Below are positions 12,266 through 27,424 of a stretch of 64,000 nt of DNA, one piece after another. The translations under genes were made by a program, and so were the position numbers. Numbering within the stretch: the first letter of the stretch is position 1; each line of letters opens with the position of its first letter. Source of the stretch: the human T2T-CHM13v2.0 reference genome, Homo sapiens; NCBI RefSeq assembly GCF_009914755.1, contig NC_060939.1. The stretch is one strand, 5' to 3'. The notes beneath the pieces were generated by a model, which was not told the origin of the DNA, searched no databases, and worked only from the letters and a program-made list of their open reading frames with translations.

Positions 12266-13476
12266 TTTTTTTTTTTTTTTTTTTCACTTTAAGTTCTGGA
12301 ATACATGTGCAGAATGTGCAGGTTTTTTACATAGGTATACATGTGCCATGGTGGTTTGCTGCACCTATCAACCTGTCATCTAGGTTTTAAGCCCCGCGTG
12401 CATTAGGTATTTGTCCTAATGTTCTCCCTCCCCTAGCCCCCAACCCCCTGACAGGCCCCAGTGTGTGATGTTCCCCTCCCTGTGTCCATGTGTTCTCATT
12501 GTTCAACTCCCACTTACAAGTGAGAACATGCGGCGTTTGGTTTTCTGTTCTTGTGTTAGTTTTCTGAGAATGATGGTTTCCAGCTTCATCCATGTCCCTG
12601 AAAAGGACATGAACTCATTCTTTTTTATGGCTGCATAGTATTCCATGGTGTATGTGTGCCACATTTTCCTGATAGATGATAGATGGGCATTTGGGTTGGT
12701 TCCAAGTCTTTGCTATTGTGAACAGTGCTGCAGTAAAAATACATGTGCATGTGTCTTTATAGTAGAATGATTTATAATCCTTTGGGTATATACCTAGTAA
12801 TGGGATTGCTGGGTCAAATGGTATCTCTGGTTTTATATCCTTGAGGAATCACCGCACTGTCTTCCACAATGGTTGAACTAATTTACACTCCCACCAACAG
12901 TGTAAAGGTGTCCCTATTTCTCCACAACCTCACCAGCATCTGTTGTTTCCTGACTCTTTAATGATCACCATTCTAACTGCATGAGATGGCGTCTCATTGT
13001 GATTTTGATTTGCATTTCTCTAATGACCAGTGATGATGAGATTTTTTTTTCATGTTTGTTGGCCACATAAATGTCTTCTTTCGAGAAGCATCTGTTCCTA
13101 TCCTTCGCCCACTTCTTGATGGGTTTGCTTTTTTCTTGTAAATTTAAGTTCCTTGTAGATTCTGGATATTAGCCCGTTGTCAGATGGATAGATTGTAAAA
13201 TTTTTCTCCCATTCTGTAGGTTGCCTGTTCACTCCAATGATAGTTTCTTTTGCTGTGCAGAAGCTCTTTAGTTTAATTAGATCCCATTTGTTAATTTTGG
13301 CTTTTGTTGCCATTGTTTTTGGTGTTTTAGTCATGAAGTCTTTGCCCATGCCTATGTGCTGAATGGTATTGCCTAGGTTTTCTTTTAGGGTTTTTGTGGT
13401 TTTGAGTTTTAAATTTAATCCATCTTGAGTTAATTTTTGTGTTAAGTGTAAGGAAGGGGTCCAGTTCCTTTTTTCT
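12266..13476 (-). mobile_element. 5'-truncated L1PA (about L1PA7-8) 3' end
   Basis: ORF2 remnant [28 protein letters not shown]; TSD ctaagcagtcctttt (12255-12269) / ctaagcagttctttt (13477-13491). Confidence 0.92.
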
Positions 13477-15115
13477 CTAAGCAGTTCTTTTAACCTCTTA
13501 ACCTAATTTGGGTATATCCTTGTGATGCTAGGGCCCTAAAACTTTCTTCTATTAAATTGTAGACTAGCCTATTGAGTGCTAGACTCCTTTGTCTTAGTAA
13601 CTTTTGTTCTGAGCATAAAGTCTTGAATATAGTATGTACTTAACAAACACTGATTGAATAAATTAATACATAGGTACAGGTATGTATATATGCTACTCCA
13701 TTTCAATTCTGGTTTCATAAGAGAAATGTATTATTTTCCCTGGACTACCCTTCTTCCAGAATCACTGAATACTTGTGAATAGTCCTGAAAGAGATAAAAA
13801 CTGTGTTTAATATCAAAGTATTCTTGACTGTTTTTCACCCCTTCTTGAGGGACAATCTGAACTTGTATGGACATAGACCATGTCTGCTCGAAGACCATAA
13901 CATTGTTTTATTTTTTAAATCTAGGATGCAAATCTGTGAACAGTAATGATATGGGGACATTGAGCCCATTAACTTTGGGCTTTTAGGCTTTTATTGAGGG
14001 CCTAACAATCTGACCTGTATGCTGCAGGAATGTGGTGCCATTGAGGGGATGATGTCCAAGGAAAGGCTAGGAGAGCATCTGTCAAGGGTGGTGTAAAGAA
14101 AATTCAGCATGGAGCGTTAACACAGAATAGTTAAACTCTAACGTCCCTGTCAGCTCTAAGGTTATAGAAGTCTATAATTCTTATTCTAAATTTTAAAGTA
14201 TTCTGGTCCTATGAGCAATATGTCTTAGCTTTTGTTTTAAAAATAAGAAATTTAAATGGAGGGCTATAAGGTCAGTGCAACTGAACAGTAGCCTCTGTCT
14301 CAGTCTTCACCATGGAAATTGTTCTCTTCTTGGGCCAGATTGTCTTACACATACTCCTAACACTCTAGCGTCTTCCTCCTACCCCCTTGATATCCTTTTC
14401 CTTTTCTCTTTTATCATATGGATCTCAGATCATTGCCAGGCACTGCTTTTTCTGGACAAGATGTTTCACCGTGGGTTGGCATGACTCTTCCCCAAACCCC
14501 CCTTCTGTACCTCCATCTGTTGCCCTGACATTGTCTTGATCTACTCCATGGGGTAGCTCCCCTGCCAAAGTGGGACTGGAGCGGATGAGAATAGAAAACA
14601 TACCCTCTACTATCTAGTAAACTCTGTCACCAGGCTGTAACACAGTATACGCTGTGTCTTCTGACATAGTCTTTTATTTGGCTTGATATCTTGGTTTGTT
14701 GTTGCTGTTTGCAAACTAGGAAACCATCTGAACCAGAAAACAGTGGAAGGTAATGCCTTGTGTTCTCCTGAAAAGACTGAGAAAACTTTTGTGGGTTCTG
14801 ACATTTTTCTTCTCAGAATGAGTTTCTTCCCCATCTTCTTGGAAGGATGGTTGATGGATGGCTGTTGTACCTTAATCACCCAAGGGTTTAAGTCCTGGGG
14901 GCCAAATATTAGTCCCAATAGAGCCAATTACTAAATCACTGGCTCTTTTCCTCAGTAAGGCTCATTAGACCTGCAGTGTGTACAGAACTCCTTTTGGACA
15001 GGCTCAACAGCAAGAACAATGTGCCTATATTCTTGTGTATGTGTGTGTATGTGTGTGTATAGCTGCACTGAGACGTATATGTGTATAAGGTGAAGAAATT
15101 GTGAAAGTTACTTGG

Positions 15116-15497
15116 GGATATGGTTTGACTGTGTCTCCACCAAATCTCATCTTTAATTGTAGCTCCCACAGTTCCCATGTGTTGTGGGAGAGACTTGGTG
15201 GGACTTAATTGAATCATAGGGGCAGACCTTTCCCATGTTGTTCTTCTTTTTTTTTTCCCCGTGCTGTTCTTGTGATGGTGAATAAGTTGCATGAGATCTG
15301 ATGATTTTATAAAGGGGAATTTCCCTGCACAAGCTCTCTTCTCTTGTTTGCTGCCATGTGAGATGTGCCTTTCACCTTCCACCATGATCATGAGGCTTCC
15401 CCAGCCACGTGGAACTGAGTCTATTAAGCCTCTTTCTTTTGTAAGGTGCCCAGTCTCCAGTATGTCTTTATCAGCAGTGTGAAAACAGACTAATACA
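15116..15497 (+). mobile_element. THE1 (B/C-like) MaLR solo LTR
   Basis: gatatggtttgactgtgtc..ccaaatctcatc ... gaaaacagactaataca; 5-bp TSD cttgg/cttgc. Confidence 0.9.
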
Positions 15498-16616
15498 CTT
15501 GCTAACTTTGTATAGTGTGTGTGTGGGTGGTGGGGGGTGTGTGTGTGTGCGTGTGCATGTGTACCTGTTGTGGGGGACAGTGGGAGATAAGTTAGGAACC
15601 ACTGAAGTTTTGCTTCTCATGTTAAGTGCCAACATTGCATCTCTTATGTTGGAGAGGCAGGGCAGCGAGTCAAAGACGAAGCCAGACAAACCACCTCCTA
15701 GCTCTGCCGCTGATTAGCCTGTGAACTTACCCAGAATTACTTAACCTCCTTGAGCCTCACAGGGCTGTTAGAAGCATTAAATTTAAAGTACTTAGTCTGG
15801 TGACTGGCCACTCAGTGAGTGCCCACAGTAATGGCTTGCCAAATTGAAGTGAATATTGGTTGTTGCAATAATTAACTATAGACCATGGAGATGCTATAAG
15901 CACTTTTCGTTCATGTAGTTTAAAATGTGTGATGCCAACTGGAGAATAACATATTAATGTAGCAGTATGCCCTATCAAAAGTTTTACTTTTTTAAGGGAA
16001 AGACTGTTCCAGTTGCTACTCAGTATTAACAAGAAATCACTTTGAAACAAATTTTTCGGTTATTTGAATGGCCTTGATTTGTTATGAAAATCTAAAGCCA
16101 AAAGGTCCCAAGTATTGGGGAAAACCTGTGCACTTTTTGAGTGGATTAGCAGAAGCTATGCCATGGCCTGAACATGCAGAACAAGCCCCGGGGGAGGAAG
16201 TGGGCATAAGGAGACCAAGTTGTCCTGGGATAGAAGGAAATGATATCCCAAGTCCTACACCCTGAAAGAGTCAGGGAGTCCTCTTGAGATGGGCCACTGA
16301 GATGGACACTGGCTAAGGGTCTTTTGAAATAAAATTGCCCTAAAGCAACAGGGAGATGGGATTAGTGGACAAGTCTCACTCTGGCTTATGGATGAGGTGG
16401 TCAGGGTCTTTGAGACGGTCCCAGCCCTTTTGGGAGTGACCATGCTGTAATCTGAAAGCGTTGGTCTCTAATAGACCAGTGAGAATCTGAAGCTCTCTCT
16501 CTGGAAAACAATGTTGGGAGGGTTGTCCTCTCTCAAAGAGCTATTATAAAATGATCAGTACCATGGCATGTACCACCGAAACCTGAATCTTTTTAATAGG
16601 TGTTTCTATAACCTAG

Positions 16617-16927
<311 letters not shown>

Positions 16928-18263
16928 GATACTAGGATTAAAACAGATTTTTTCCACTATGCCAAGTTCCTAAACCAGCATGAATCCCAGAGCTGAATGG
17001 TGTTAGTATTCTCATAACTGACACAATGTCAAGTCAAAGAGCTGACACAGGATACCTGGTGGAGTTTCAGAAATCAGTAAATGGTTGAGGATGATTTTGG
17101 GACTAGAATAATGGGGTCTTCCTCATGCTGCCAGATTTACATGGACAATCAGCAATTTAACATTCTGCTTATAAAAAATCGAGCTTGATACAATCTGTAT
17201 ACGACAAAACTGAGAAATTCCTCCAAAATTTTTCTATGATCCTATATTCAGGGTGTCTTTTCAATCCCTCTCCATTTTATTTCCAACTCCTGGTTTGCAG
17301 CAAATGCCACATTACCTCATCACTCTAATGATACCAATATCTATCTCAGCGCTTCAAGAAAACAGAATCACTGAAAATTATTACAACTTGTACAAAAAAG
17401 AGTAGACTAAGGAAACACCTACGATACATTTATGCTTTCACTCACTTCATTTATAAAGATACTTATTCTGTTTCGAGAGCGTACTTCATTTCCAGCAGTG
17501 CTAAATCTTATCTAATACCATACATTTTTCTTAGCATGTACTTTGGAATGACATGAAAATTACTTGGTCCTTAAAAAATAGCTTTAAATGATGATTTATT
17601 GGAGAAAGGAATAATTTGGTATTATGTATTTCTTTTGGGGAAGAAAAAAGTATATTTTAAAGATATCAGACTCCAGGTAAAATTAACCTACATTCAAAAA
17701 TCATTATCATGCCCAATTCTAGCTTAATGATCATTAAATTTGTCTTGCAATCGTTTTGAAATAAATCACAAAACAATAATGAATAGAATTGGCTGTAATT
17801 TAGGAAAAACCTGGCATGCCAAGTTAATAATAATAGGATTTATGAGAATGCCATAAAAAATGAGTTCTGCTGTCAACAGTTTATGATTTGGGCTCCAGGG
17901 TGTTTTGAAGTTCCAGGTTGCAGCTATAAAGAACTCTGGATACAAGCTTTCTTTTCATTTAAATACATCTAAGTGTTATCTTATAGCATATAATCCAAAA
18001 CTTGATATTGATTTTATTATAAATATTGTTTTAGTTAAATATGTATTGAGTGATGTTTCCATTTGCTTCTGTTAGTTGCAAGCAACAGACACTAACTTAG
18101 GCTAAAAATTAATTATTGGAAAATTGGAGGCAGCTCATGGAATTGAAGAAAAAGCCAAAAGAGTCAGTACATAAACTCCCTTTCTTATTTCTGGAATTTG
18201 GGAGCAGGTGATAGGTATACATAGGATTAATAAAAATAAAGATTTTTTAAAATTACCTTTATT

Positions 18264-18409
18264 GGCTGGACATGATGGCTCACACATGTAATCCCAACAT
18301 TTAGGAGGCCAAGGGAAGAGGATCACTTGAGCTCAGGAGTTTGAGACCAGCCTGCACAACATAGTAAGACCCTGTTTCTTTCTTCTTTTTTTTTTTTTTA
18401 ATAAAAAAA
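18264..18409 (+). mobile_element. FLAM/Alu left monomer
   Basis: Single arm; degenerate TSD aaaattacctttatt / aaaatcacccttatc. Confidence 0.82.
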
Positions 18410-19249
18410 TCACCCTTATCACCTTTAAAGCTGATTGCATGGCACAGCCTTAAATCTGTAGCCAAATAGACTCACTACTACATCACCCATAAATTAAAGC
18501 TACACATGCAGACACTGGCATAGCTGGACAGCTCTAGGCCTCCCTCAGAAAGGGAGGCTCCTTACCACATGGAGTAGAGGAAACAGAATGCACTCTCCCG
18601 GTAGGCAGGCAAAGTTGAAAAGACAAAGGAAAGTGGCTGACTGGGGCATATCAGGCTGCTTTTACAATCTCATTGATCAAATAGCTCAGTCTGGCAGAGA
18701 AGTGAGTCATGAAGAGCCCAGAAACTAATGAAAGTTCCTCCACATGGAAGCATGAGGCCAGGGAAGCACAGCACTGCCTATTGGATTGTGTGGTTTGTGC
18801 TGTGCACACCCTGAGCAGCTGTACGGTGCAGTCCTGTAAGTAGGTTCCCCTAACAAATAGCCTAACATGAGATCCTCATCTGAAAGAGCCCTTCGTCCCC
18901 TTTGCCTTTTCAAGAGGGTGCTGGCTGTGACTACTCAGTTCCTTCCACAACTCAGCCATGGGTTTATTCATCTATTTATTTTAAAATTGAATACAAATAA
19001 TAATTGTATGTATTTCTGGGGTACAATGTAATGCTTTAATATATGTATATGTTGTAGGAAGATTAAATAAAGCTAATTAACATAACCATTTCCTAAGCAT
19101 TTAAAAATGCAGACTTTGGTGGAGGGAGTGAACAAAGTGGCAGAAAGCCAAAAGTATGAAGGGAAATTTCAGGGTAATTTGGGGAAAGTAGAGAGAAGCT
19201 GAGAGGCATGAGATTCATGAAAGGAGCAGATGGAAGAAGAGTGGGGGAT

Positions 19250-19575
<326 letters not shown>

Positions 19576-19919
19576 TAAGAGCGTTACTGAGAATTGTGTA
19601 TCCCCTCCACAGTGTTTGAGAAATCCAGTAAAAAACTTCAGTTACCTTCAAATTGTGTTTTGTTTGCTGCACTGTGTTTCTTAGCCTATGATATACCCAG
19701 AAACTGTGTTCCATTAGGTTGTATATGAAGGGTGAGCTAAGGGGAGGAACAAGGTTTACCACACGGGTTACTGAATGAATTGTGGTATCTTTCATGATAA
19801 TTTTAAAAATCAGGAGGAGTGTTTAGGGAATAGAGGGTGTTGATTATCTACTCTGTTTTTGCTTTGGGTGACGCAAATTCAACATGTCTTCTTATCTTGA
19901 TGAAGGGGCAGTTGACAGT

Positions 19920-20925
19920 TTTTTTGAGATCTATACCACAAGTATCATACAACTCACTCAAAGTGTCTCTAGTATCTTCACAGAGTTCTGCAAACATCAC
20001 TACAACCAATTTTAGAAACTTTTTTTTAACCTCAAAAAGAAACCCTATATGTTTTCTGCTACCATTACCCAATCCTCTCGCATCCCCTAGTTTTAAGCAA
20101 CTACTGATCTACTTTGTCTCTGTATAAATATACCCTTTTTGGACATTTCACATAAGTGGAATAATATATAGTATTTATGACTGACTTTTTTTACTTAGCA
20201 TACTATTTTTGAGGTTTATCCATGTTATGGCATGTACCAGTACTTTGTTTCTCTTTATGGCCAAATAGTATTCCATTGTATGGATGTATCACATCTTGCT
20301 AATTTGTAGTCAATGTCAGTTGATAGACATATGACTTGTTTCCACCTTTTGGCTATTATAAATAATGTTGCTCTGAACATTTATGTACAAGTTTTTGTAT
20401 GGACATATGTTTTCATTTCTCTTAGGTGTATAAATAGAAATGAAATTGCTGGGTCTATGTTTATCTTTCTGAGGAACTGCTAGACTAGTTTCCCCAGTGG
20501 CTGTGCCATTTTACATTCCCACTAGCAAAGTGTGAGGGTGCCAATTTCTCCACATCCTTGCCAACACTTGTGATTATCTGATGTTTTGATTATAGCCATC
20601 CTAGTGGCTGTGGTTTTGATTTACATTTCCCCGATGACTAATGATGTCCAGTGTCTTTCCATGTGCTTATTGGCCATTTGTAAATTTTTTTTGGATACAT
20701 GTCTATTCAGATTTTTTGCCCATTTTTAATTGGGTTGTCTTTTTATTGTTGAGTTTTAAAAGTTCTTTATATATTCTAGATATAAGGCCCTGATCACATG
20801 TATGACTTACAAAGATTTTCTCCCACTATGTCGGCTGCCTTTTCACTTTGCTGGTAGTGTTCTTTGAAGCACAAACACTTCTAACTTTGATTAAGTCCAG
20901 TTTTTCTATTTTTTTCTTTTGTTAG
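19920..20925 (-). mobile_element. L1MB-like 3' end
   Basis: ggacatttcacataagtggaat, gaggaactgctagact, ttttgattatagccatcctagt. Confidence 0.85.
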
Positions 20926-21316
20926 CATGTCTATTTTTAAGGATTGATTATTTATGAACAAATTATCTTATTTTTCTTGTACCTTTTTTGACATCATTAC
21001 TGAAATCTTACAATCTACATATACATTCTCCACCCCAATAAAACCTCCTATTAAATATATAGTGCATTTTCTAAGCAGTGTTATATTAAAATTAAGGAAA
21101 TATAGTACTGTTAAATTTTTAAAAATAATTATGACATTATTGTGTTATGATTATTATACTTTAATAATAGTTATACTGTAATCTGACCCACGTTTTAGTT
21201 GTAGAATTTGATTAGAATGTATCTTTGTAACTTGTACTAAATTCTATCAGACAATTCCCATTACTACCACAGGCTTAAAAGATTTTTTATCTAGCATGAA
21301 ATAAAAAAAAAATGTC

Positions 21317-21578
21317 CGGCCAGGTTGGCTCGCACCTGTAATCCCAGCACTTTGGGAGGCCAAAGTGAGTGGGTCTCTTGAGCTCAGGAGTTCAAGAGCA
21401 GCGTGACCCACATAGTGAAATCCCATCTCTACCACAAATACAAAAATTAGCAGAGTGTGGTGATGCACACCTGCAGTCCCAGCTACTTGGAGGGCTTGAA
21501 CGCAGGAGGTGGAGGCTGCAGTGAGCCGAGGTAGCACCACTGCACTCCAGCCTGGGTGACAAAGTGAGAGACTCTGTG
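21317..21578 (+). mobile_element. AluJ with a short internal deletion and decayed tail
   Basis: Both arms present; right arm shortened at agctacttggagggcttgaac. Confidence 0.85.
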
Positions 21579-21963
21579 TTTATATATATATTTGCAACTT
21601 TTCTCCTCTTTCTGAATGTGAAGGCTATTTCAGTTGAGGGGATCAATTTGTATATTCGTTGCTAAAGTTTTTGTTTTCTTTTACATTCTAGAAACTGAAA
21701 GCAAAATGTTTGTTTGGACATGTTAAGCTTCCAAGAAAACAAAAATCTTGTAAATGTCTTTCCAACCACAAGTTTCACTTTGCTCTAAAAAGTGTAAAAC
21801 ATTTTTTTTCAATGGGTATTTTCAGAAGTTACCCCTGGCTGGGCAGAATTTATGTCAGCCCATGATGGTATTTGTTTGTTTTGTTTTGTTTTTAAGCAAT
21901 ACTTTGAACTCAGAAACTTCTACCTTTATTGAATTTCCAGTTACAAATCCAATCAGATTAGAA

Positions 21964-22155
21964 CAGCAGTGTCCAATCATTTTGCTTCCCCGGGCCTCAC
22001 TGGAAAAGAAGAATTGTCTTGGGCCACACTGAGCTAAAAAATAAACACAAAAAAATCTCATTATGTTTTAAGAAAATTTATGAATTTGTGTTGGGCCGCA
22101 TTCAAAGCCATCCTGGGTCGCATGTGGTCTTGGGGCCTCGGGTTGGACGAGCTTG
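21964..22155 (+). mobile_element. MER30 (hAT-Charlie)
   Basis: gtgtccaatc...gaagaattgtcttgggccacac...ggttggacgagcttg; perfect 8-bp TSD gattagaa (21956-21963 and 22156-22163). Confidence 0.9.
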
Positions 22156-22574
22156 GATTAGAACTATCCAATGAAATTTAAACAAAGTGCTTTCTATCAG
22201 TTTGAATTAATTTTATTTTATTCCTAACTCAGTATAGGAAATCTCATAACTTAAATCCCTTACCCACGAAACCTTCTTATTCCTTCTTTTATGAATAGGG
22301 AAATAGGTTTTACTTGATGCACTTATTCGGGACTTTGATATTGGCAGAACTTTCTTGCTCTCTGTGTGAAAAAATGTGTTTCAGCTTGTGAACTCATTTT
22401 TTGTTTTGTTGATTAGTTTCAGAGTCTTCCAAAGGAATCAGGGGTTTATCTCCTTTAGAACACAGGCTGTACCATTCACCTGGAAGGGACTCAACACTCT
22501 CAGAAGAGCTGCAGTAAGCTATTGAAAATAGCTCTTATGGAGATCACACACAAATGTTAAGAACCTTGACATGC

Positions 22575-23000
22575 TGAGATTTTCCTGGATTATTCAGGTG
22601 GGCCCAATGTAATCCCAAGAATGTAATCACAAGAGTTCTTATAAGAGGAAGACAAGGGAGTCAGAGTGAGAGAAGGTGAGGTAAGCAGAGCAGGGCAGGG
22701 AGAGGGAGAGAGAAAGAGGTAGGAGAAAGCGAGGGAAAAGGAGAGCAAGGGAGGGAGAGAGGAGAGAGAGGAGAAAGAGAAAGTGAAGATGCTACACTGC
22801 TGGCTCTGAAGATGTAAGAAGGGGCCATGAGCCAAGGAATGCAGGCAGCCTATAGAAGCTAAAAAGACAAGGAAATAGATTCTCCCCTCAAAGCCTCCAG
22901 AAGGCAGTAGCCCCAATAACCCCTTAACTTTAGCCTAGTGAGACTTATTTCAGACTTCTGACCTCCAGAACTGTAAAATAATAAATCTGAGGGTTTTTTA
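22575..23000 (+). mobile_element. MLT1 (C/D-like) MaLR LTR with a purine-rich expansion
   Basis: ggggccatgagccaaggaatgcagg, gacttctgacctccagaactgtaa. Confidence 0.8.
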
Positions 23001-23079
23001 AAAATAGCATTTAGGCTGTAGTTCCCAAATCTGGCTGGTCATCAGAATCACCTGAGTAGATCTATCTTAAAGGCTATAC

Positions 23080-23850
<771 letters not shown>

Positions 23851-24214
23851 AACCAGGCCTGGGCAGGTGAATCACTGGCATAGGTAATAAGGATGATACC
23901 ACCCAGTGAGTGGCCTGGCAGCTGGAATAGTTGTTTAGACTGGAAAATACCTAGGAGCCTAAATCTTAAAGTGCAGAGAGGATGACGTGAAAGGCATAAT
24001 GAAGATCTGCACTCTAAATGGTGGCTCGGTGGCACAGTGGGTGTTGGATGCCATAAAAGGTACTTGTGATGACTCATTGGTGAGAAAAATAGATACACAG
24101 AATATTTAGAGGAGAATTGGAAAGACTGGATTGAAATTCAAGGTCCCTCACTAAGTCTCCTTGTCCTTTCCCTCCCCCATGCTTTTGGAACATGTTCTTA
24201 AAATTTATTATATT

Positions 24215-24383
24215 TTATTTTATTGACTGATTTATTTTTCAGAGACAAGTTCTTACTCTGTCACTCAGGCTGGAGTGCGTGGTGCAATCATGGGTTACTA
24301 CAGCCTTGAACTCCTGGGCTCAAGAAATCCTCCCATCTCAGCCTCTCAAGTAGCTGAGATTATAGGCACACACCATCATGCCT
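24215..24383 (-). mobile_element. Alu right-arm/FRAM-like monomer
   Basis: ctgtcactcaggctggagtgc...ctgggctcaagaaatcctccc. Confidence 0.78.
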
Positions 24384-25062
24384 TAAAATTATTATTTTAA
24401 ATGTACAATTCAAAGGGGGAAGTTCTCAGATCTATGTGCTATTGCTCAGACTGAAAATATATGCAAATATTTAGTACAAGAGTTTTTTCCAAACTTTACT
24501 TTTTATTTAGTCATCTAAAGAACTTTAAAATATACAGATTCCTAGACCCCATCCCCTCCACTGGATCAGAATCTCTGAGGATGGAGCCTGGAAGTGCCTG
24601 TCTAGAAAGCCCTCCAGGTGGTTCTGACATCCCTGCTTCTGGGCCAGCTGTGAGTGAAGTCAGTCAAACCCCTGTGTTTTTGCATTCTTAATTAAATAAC
24701 ATGGAAAAGCTAGGACCCAAAATACAACTGGAATGATTCCTTGCAGCAGCAGTTCTCAAAAAATGATTGTTGAATGAGAAATCTTTGCTCAAAGAAATGT
24801 TAGCCTGATCTGTAAACTGTGAGGCCAACAAGAGGATCAACCTGAATTACTCCAGCAGGTGGTGGTATGGGATGTAGAGGTAGGGGTGAGGTTAGCTGCA
24901 TCCTGCCTTTGGCTGAGAGGCTCACTCACACTTCTGTCACCTTTTGTGTAAAGAATAGCAGCAGGATCCAGCATTCTCCATTCTCTTCTCCAGTCAGAAA
25001 CATTGAATTGCCAAATATATTTTCCTGAAAATCTCTCTCTCTCGTCTCTCTCTCTCTTCATC

Positions 25063-25192
25063 TCTTTTGAGACTGGCTCTAGCTATATAACCCAGGCTGG
25101 TCACAAACTTCTGGCCTCAAGCAATCCTCCCACCTCAGCCTCCTGAGTACCTGAGTAGCTGGAATTACAACCACAAGCCACCATGCCTGACT
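25063..25192 (-). mobile_element. FLAM-like monomer
   Basis: cccaggctggtc..ggcctcaagcaatcctcccacctcagcc. Confidence 0.75.
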
Positions 25193-25865
25193 AAAAACCT
25201 CTTTTTGTCTTGATATTCCTCTAATCAGAAATCTGCATTGGCACTTTAGTTCCTACCAGATAAAATAGAAATCTGGAGGTCTGGTGTTTCAAGACTGGTC
25301 TCAATCTACATTTCCAAACTTATATTCCATTCCTCTCCCTTTTGGAGGTCTTCTCCTGGCCCGAGCTGTCCTGGTTACTCTTTCCATAATTGTTTTCAAC
25401 TTCCTTACCTTAACCCCTTTCTGGAATGTCTTCTTTCTCACCCAGGTTGAAATTTTACTCTTCAGTCAAAGCCCCACTCCCTTCCTGTGCCTTGGTGGAA
25501 GAGTTTTCTCCACTGCTGCTGGTCTGTAATGGCCTCTCCTGCCTCTGAGGTGCTATTAAGACTGACTGCCTATGTTACTTTTGGCCTTGACTATAACTAG
25601 TAACTATAGCTTTGAAAACAGGATGATATTGGATTATTATTTATTTTCCCCTCAGGGTATATAGTTCAGCACCTTGTACAAAATATGCATTCAACAAACA
25701 GAAGTCAATTTATTGAATATTAGATGTTATTTATTAGTTACTTAGAAATATAACCTCATATAAATGTCAAGAGTATGGGGGTTTGAATGGTAATTCTTCT
25801 ACATCAAAGCATGGCATAGTAGGTACTGTGAAATGCACCCTGCTCTCCCCCATTGAATATGTATG

Positions 25866-25889
25866 CACACACACACACACACACACATA

Positions 25890-25925
<36 letters not shown>
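25866..25925. repeat. Interrupted (CA)n microsatellite
   Basis: Read directly from the sequence. Confidence 0.95.
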
Positions 25926-25926
<1 letters not shown>

Positions 25927-26926
25927 GCTTATCTTTGGAGTTCAGGTGAGAGCATCTTAACCTCAGAAAACGTTATCAGGCTTGTATTAGTCAAGAGTAA
26001 CTCCTAAAAGTAGCTTGAACAAAGTAGCTTTAAAAAACAGGAGCGTATTAGCCTCTGTGATGGGCAATTCAAGAGATGGATTTTTTAGGCAGAGCTAGAT
26101 TGAGGGGTTCCAGTGTGCCCCAGCTCTGCTTTAATCCATGTTGATTTAATTCTCAGGCAAATTCTTTCCACGCGATGATGGAATAACTCCAAGTTCAAGT
26201 CCTTACAATGGGAGATCCCAGAGAACAGAGAGCATCTCTTTCCAATACCATAGAGACCTGCTCTATGAGTGACCACTGCTTTCTTATTGATGATGTCCCT
26301 GGAACTATTCTGCTACATCCATGTATTACAGGGGACACCCCGTGGCAATCCTAATCCCTAGTTAATCCCCACTTTCCTAATCCTACTTCAGAAGCAGCCT
26401 CCAATCCAGAACCGATGTTCAGTTCCTGGATCCTGCTCAAAATCCTTCAGTGAAACACACACTGTACAGAAGACGTTTCCTGCTCCTTCTTGTTGAGTGG
26501 TCTGCCACAGTGCTTCTGCCATGTGCTCCCTCACTGAAAATCAATACATCTGATTTTGTCAGATTATACATTGTGCCCAGTGGTCTTTGGCTAATTAAGC
26601 TTTAACAGGGAAAGAGGAGAAATGAGCTGCTATATATTGCTTTTACCCTAAATTAGTCCCTAGAGGATGTTTTCTGATCATATTTTTTTCCTGTGTCCTT
26701 GACTTCCTTAAGCAGCGCCTGTTCATTTTCACTGGAAATGTTCCAAATGGATCAGAATAATTTTGACATTGTGTCACCAGGGACATCCTCCTTTTAATAT
26801 CTAGCATCACACAAAAACAAACATTGCATTAGTCCTGAAAGAGTTCTGACTCTACATAATTAATTTTCAACACAAAACTAATATAAATAGGAATGTGGAA
26901 AAAATAGGTATTAAAGGTAAAATGGA

Positions 26927-27302
26927 GGCTGGGCACAGTGGATCATGTCTGTAATCCCAACACTTTGGGAGGCTGAGGCAGGAAGATCACTCGGGCCCAT
27001 GAGTTCAAGACCAGCCTGAGCAACATGGTGAGACCTCATTTCTACAAAAACATACAAAAATTAGCCAGATGTGGTGTGTGTGCCTGTACTCCCAACTAAT
27101 CAGGAGGCTGAGGTGGGAGGATCACATGAGCCTGGGACGTTGAGGCTGCAGTGAGCCATGATGTGGGTTTGAATGGTAATTCTTCTACATTAAAGCATGG
27201 CATGGTAGGTACTGTGAAATGCACCCTGCTCTCCGCCATTGAATATGTATGCACACACACACAGCCTGGGTGGTAGAGCAAGACCTTATCTCAAAAAAAA
27301 AA
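26927..27302 (+). mobile_element. AluJ carrying a ~100-bp non-Alu insert in its right arm
   Basis: Alu sequence breaks at gagccatgat (~27162) and resumes at cagcctggg (27262). Confidence 0.9.
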
Positions 27303-27424
27303 TTTAAAGATAAGATGGAAATGGAAATATGACAGATCAAGATAGTGACTGCTTGTAGCCCAATGTAAACTTATCTGTTTGAATTTCTTCTCTTTAGAAG
27401 CTTATTTCTATACCATTAAGTTCA

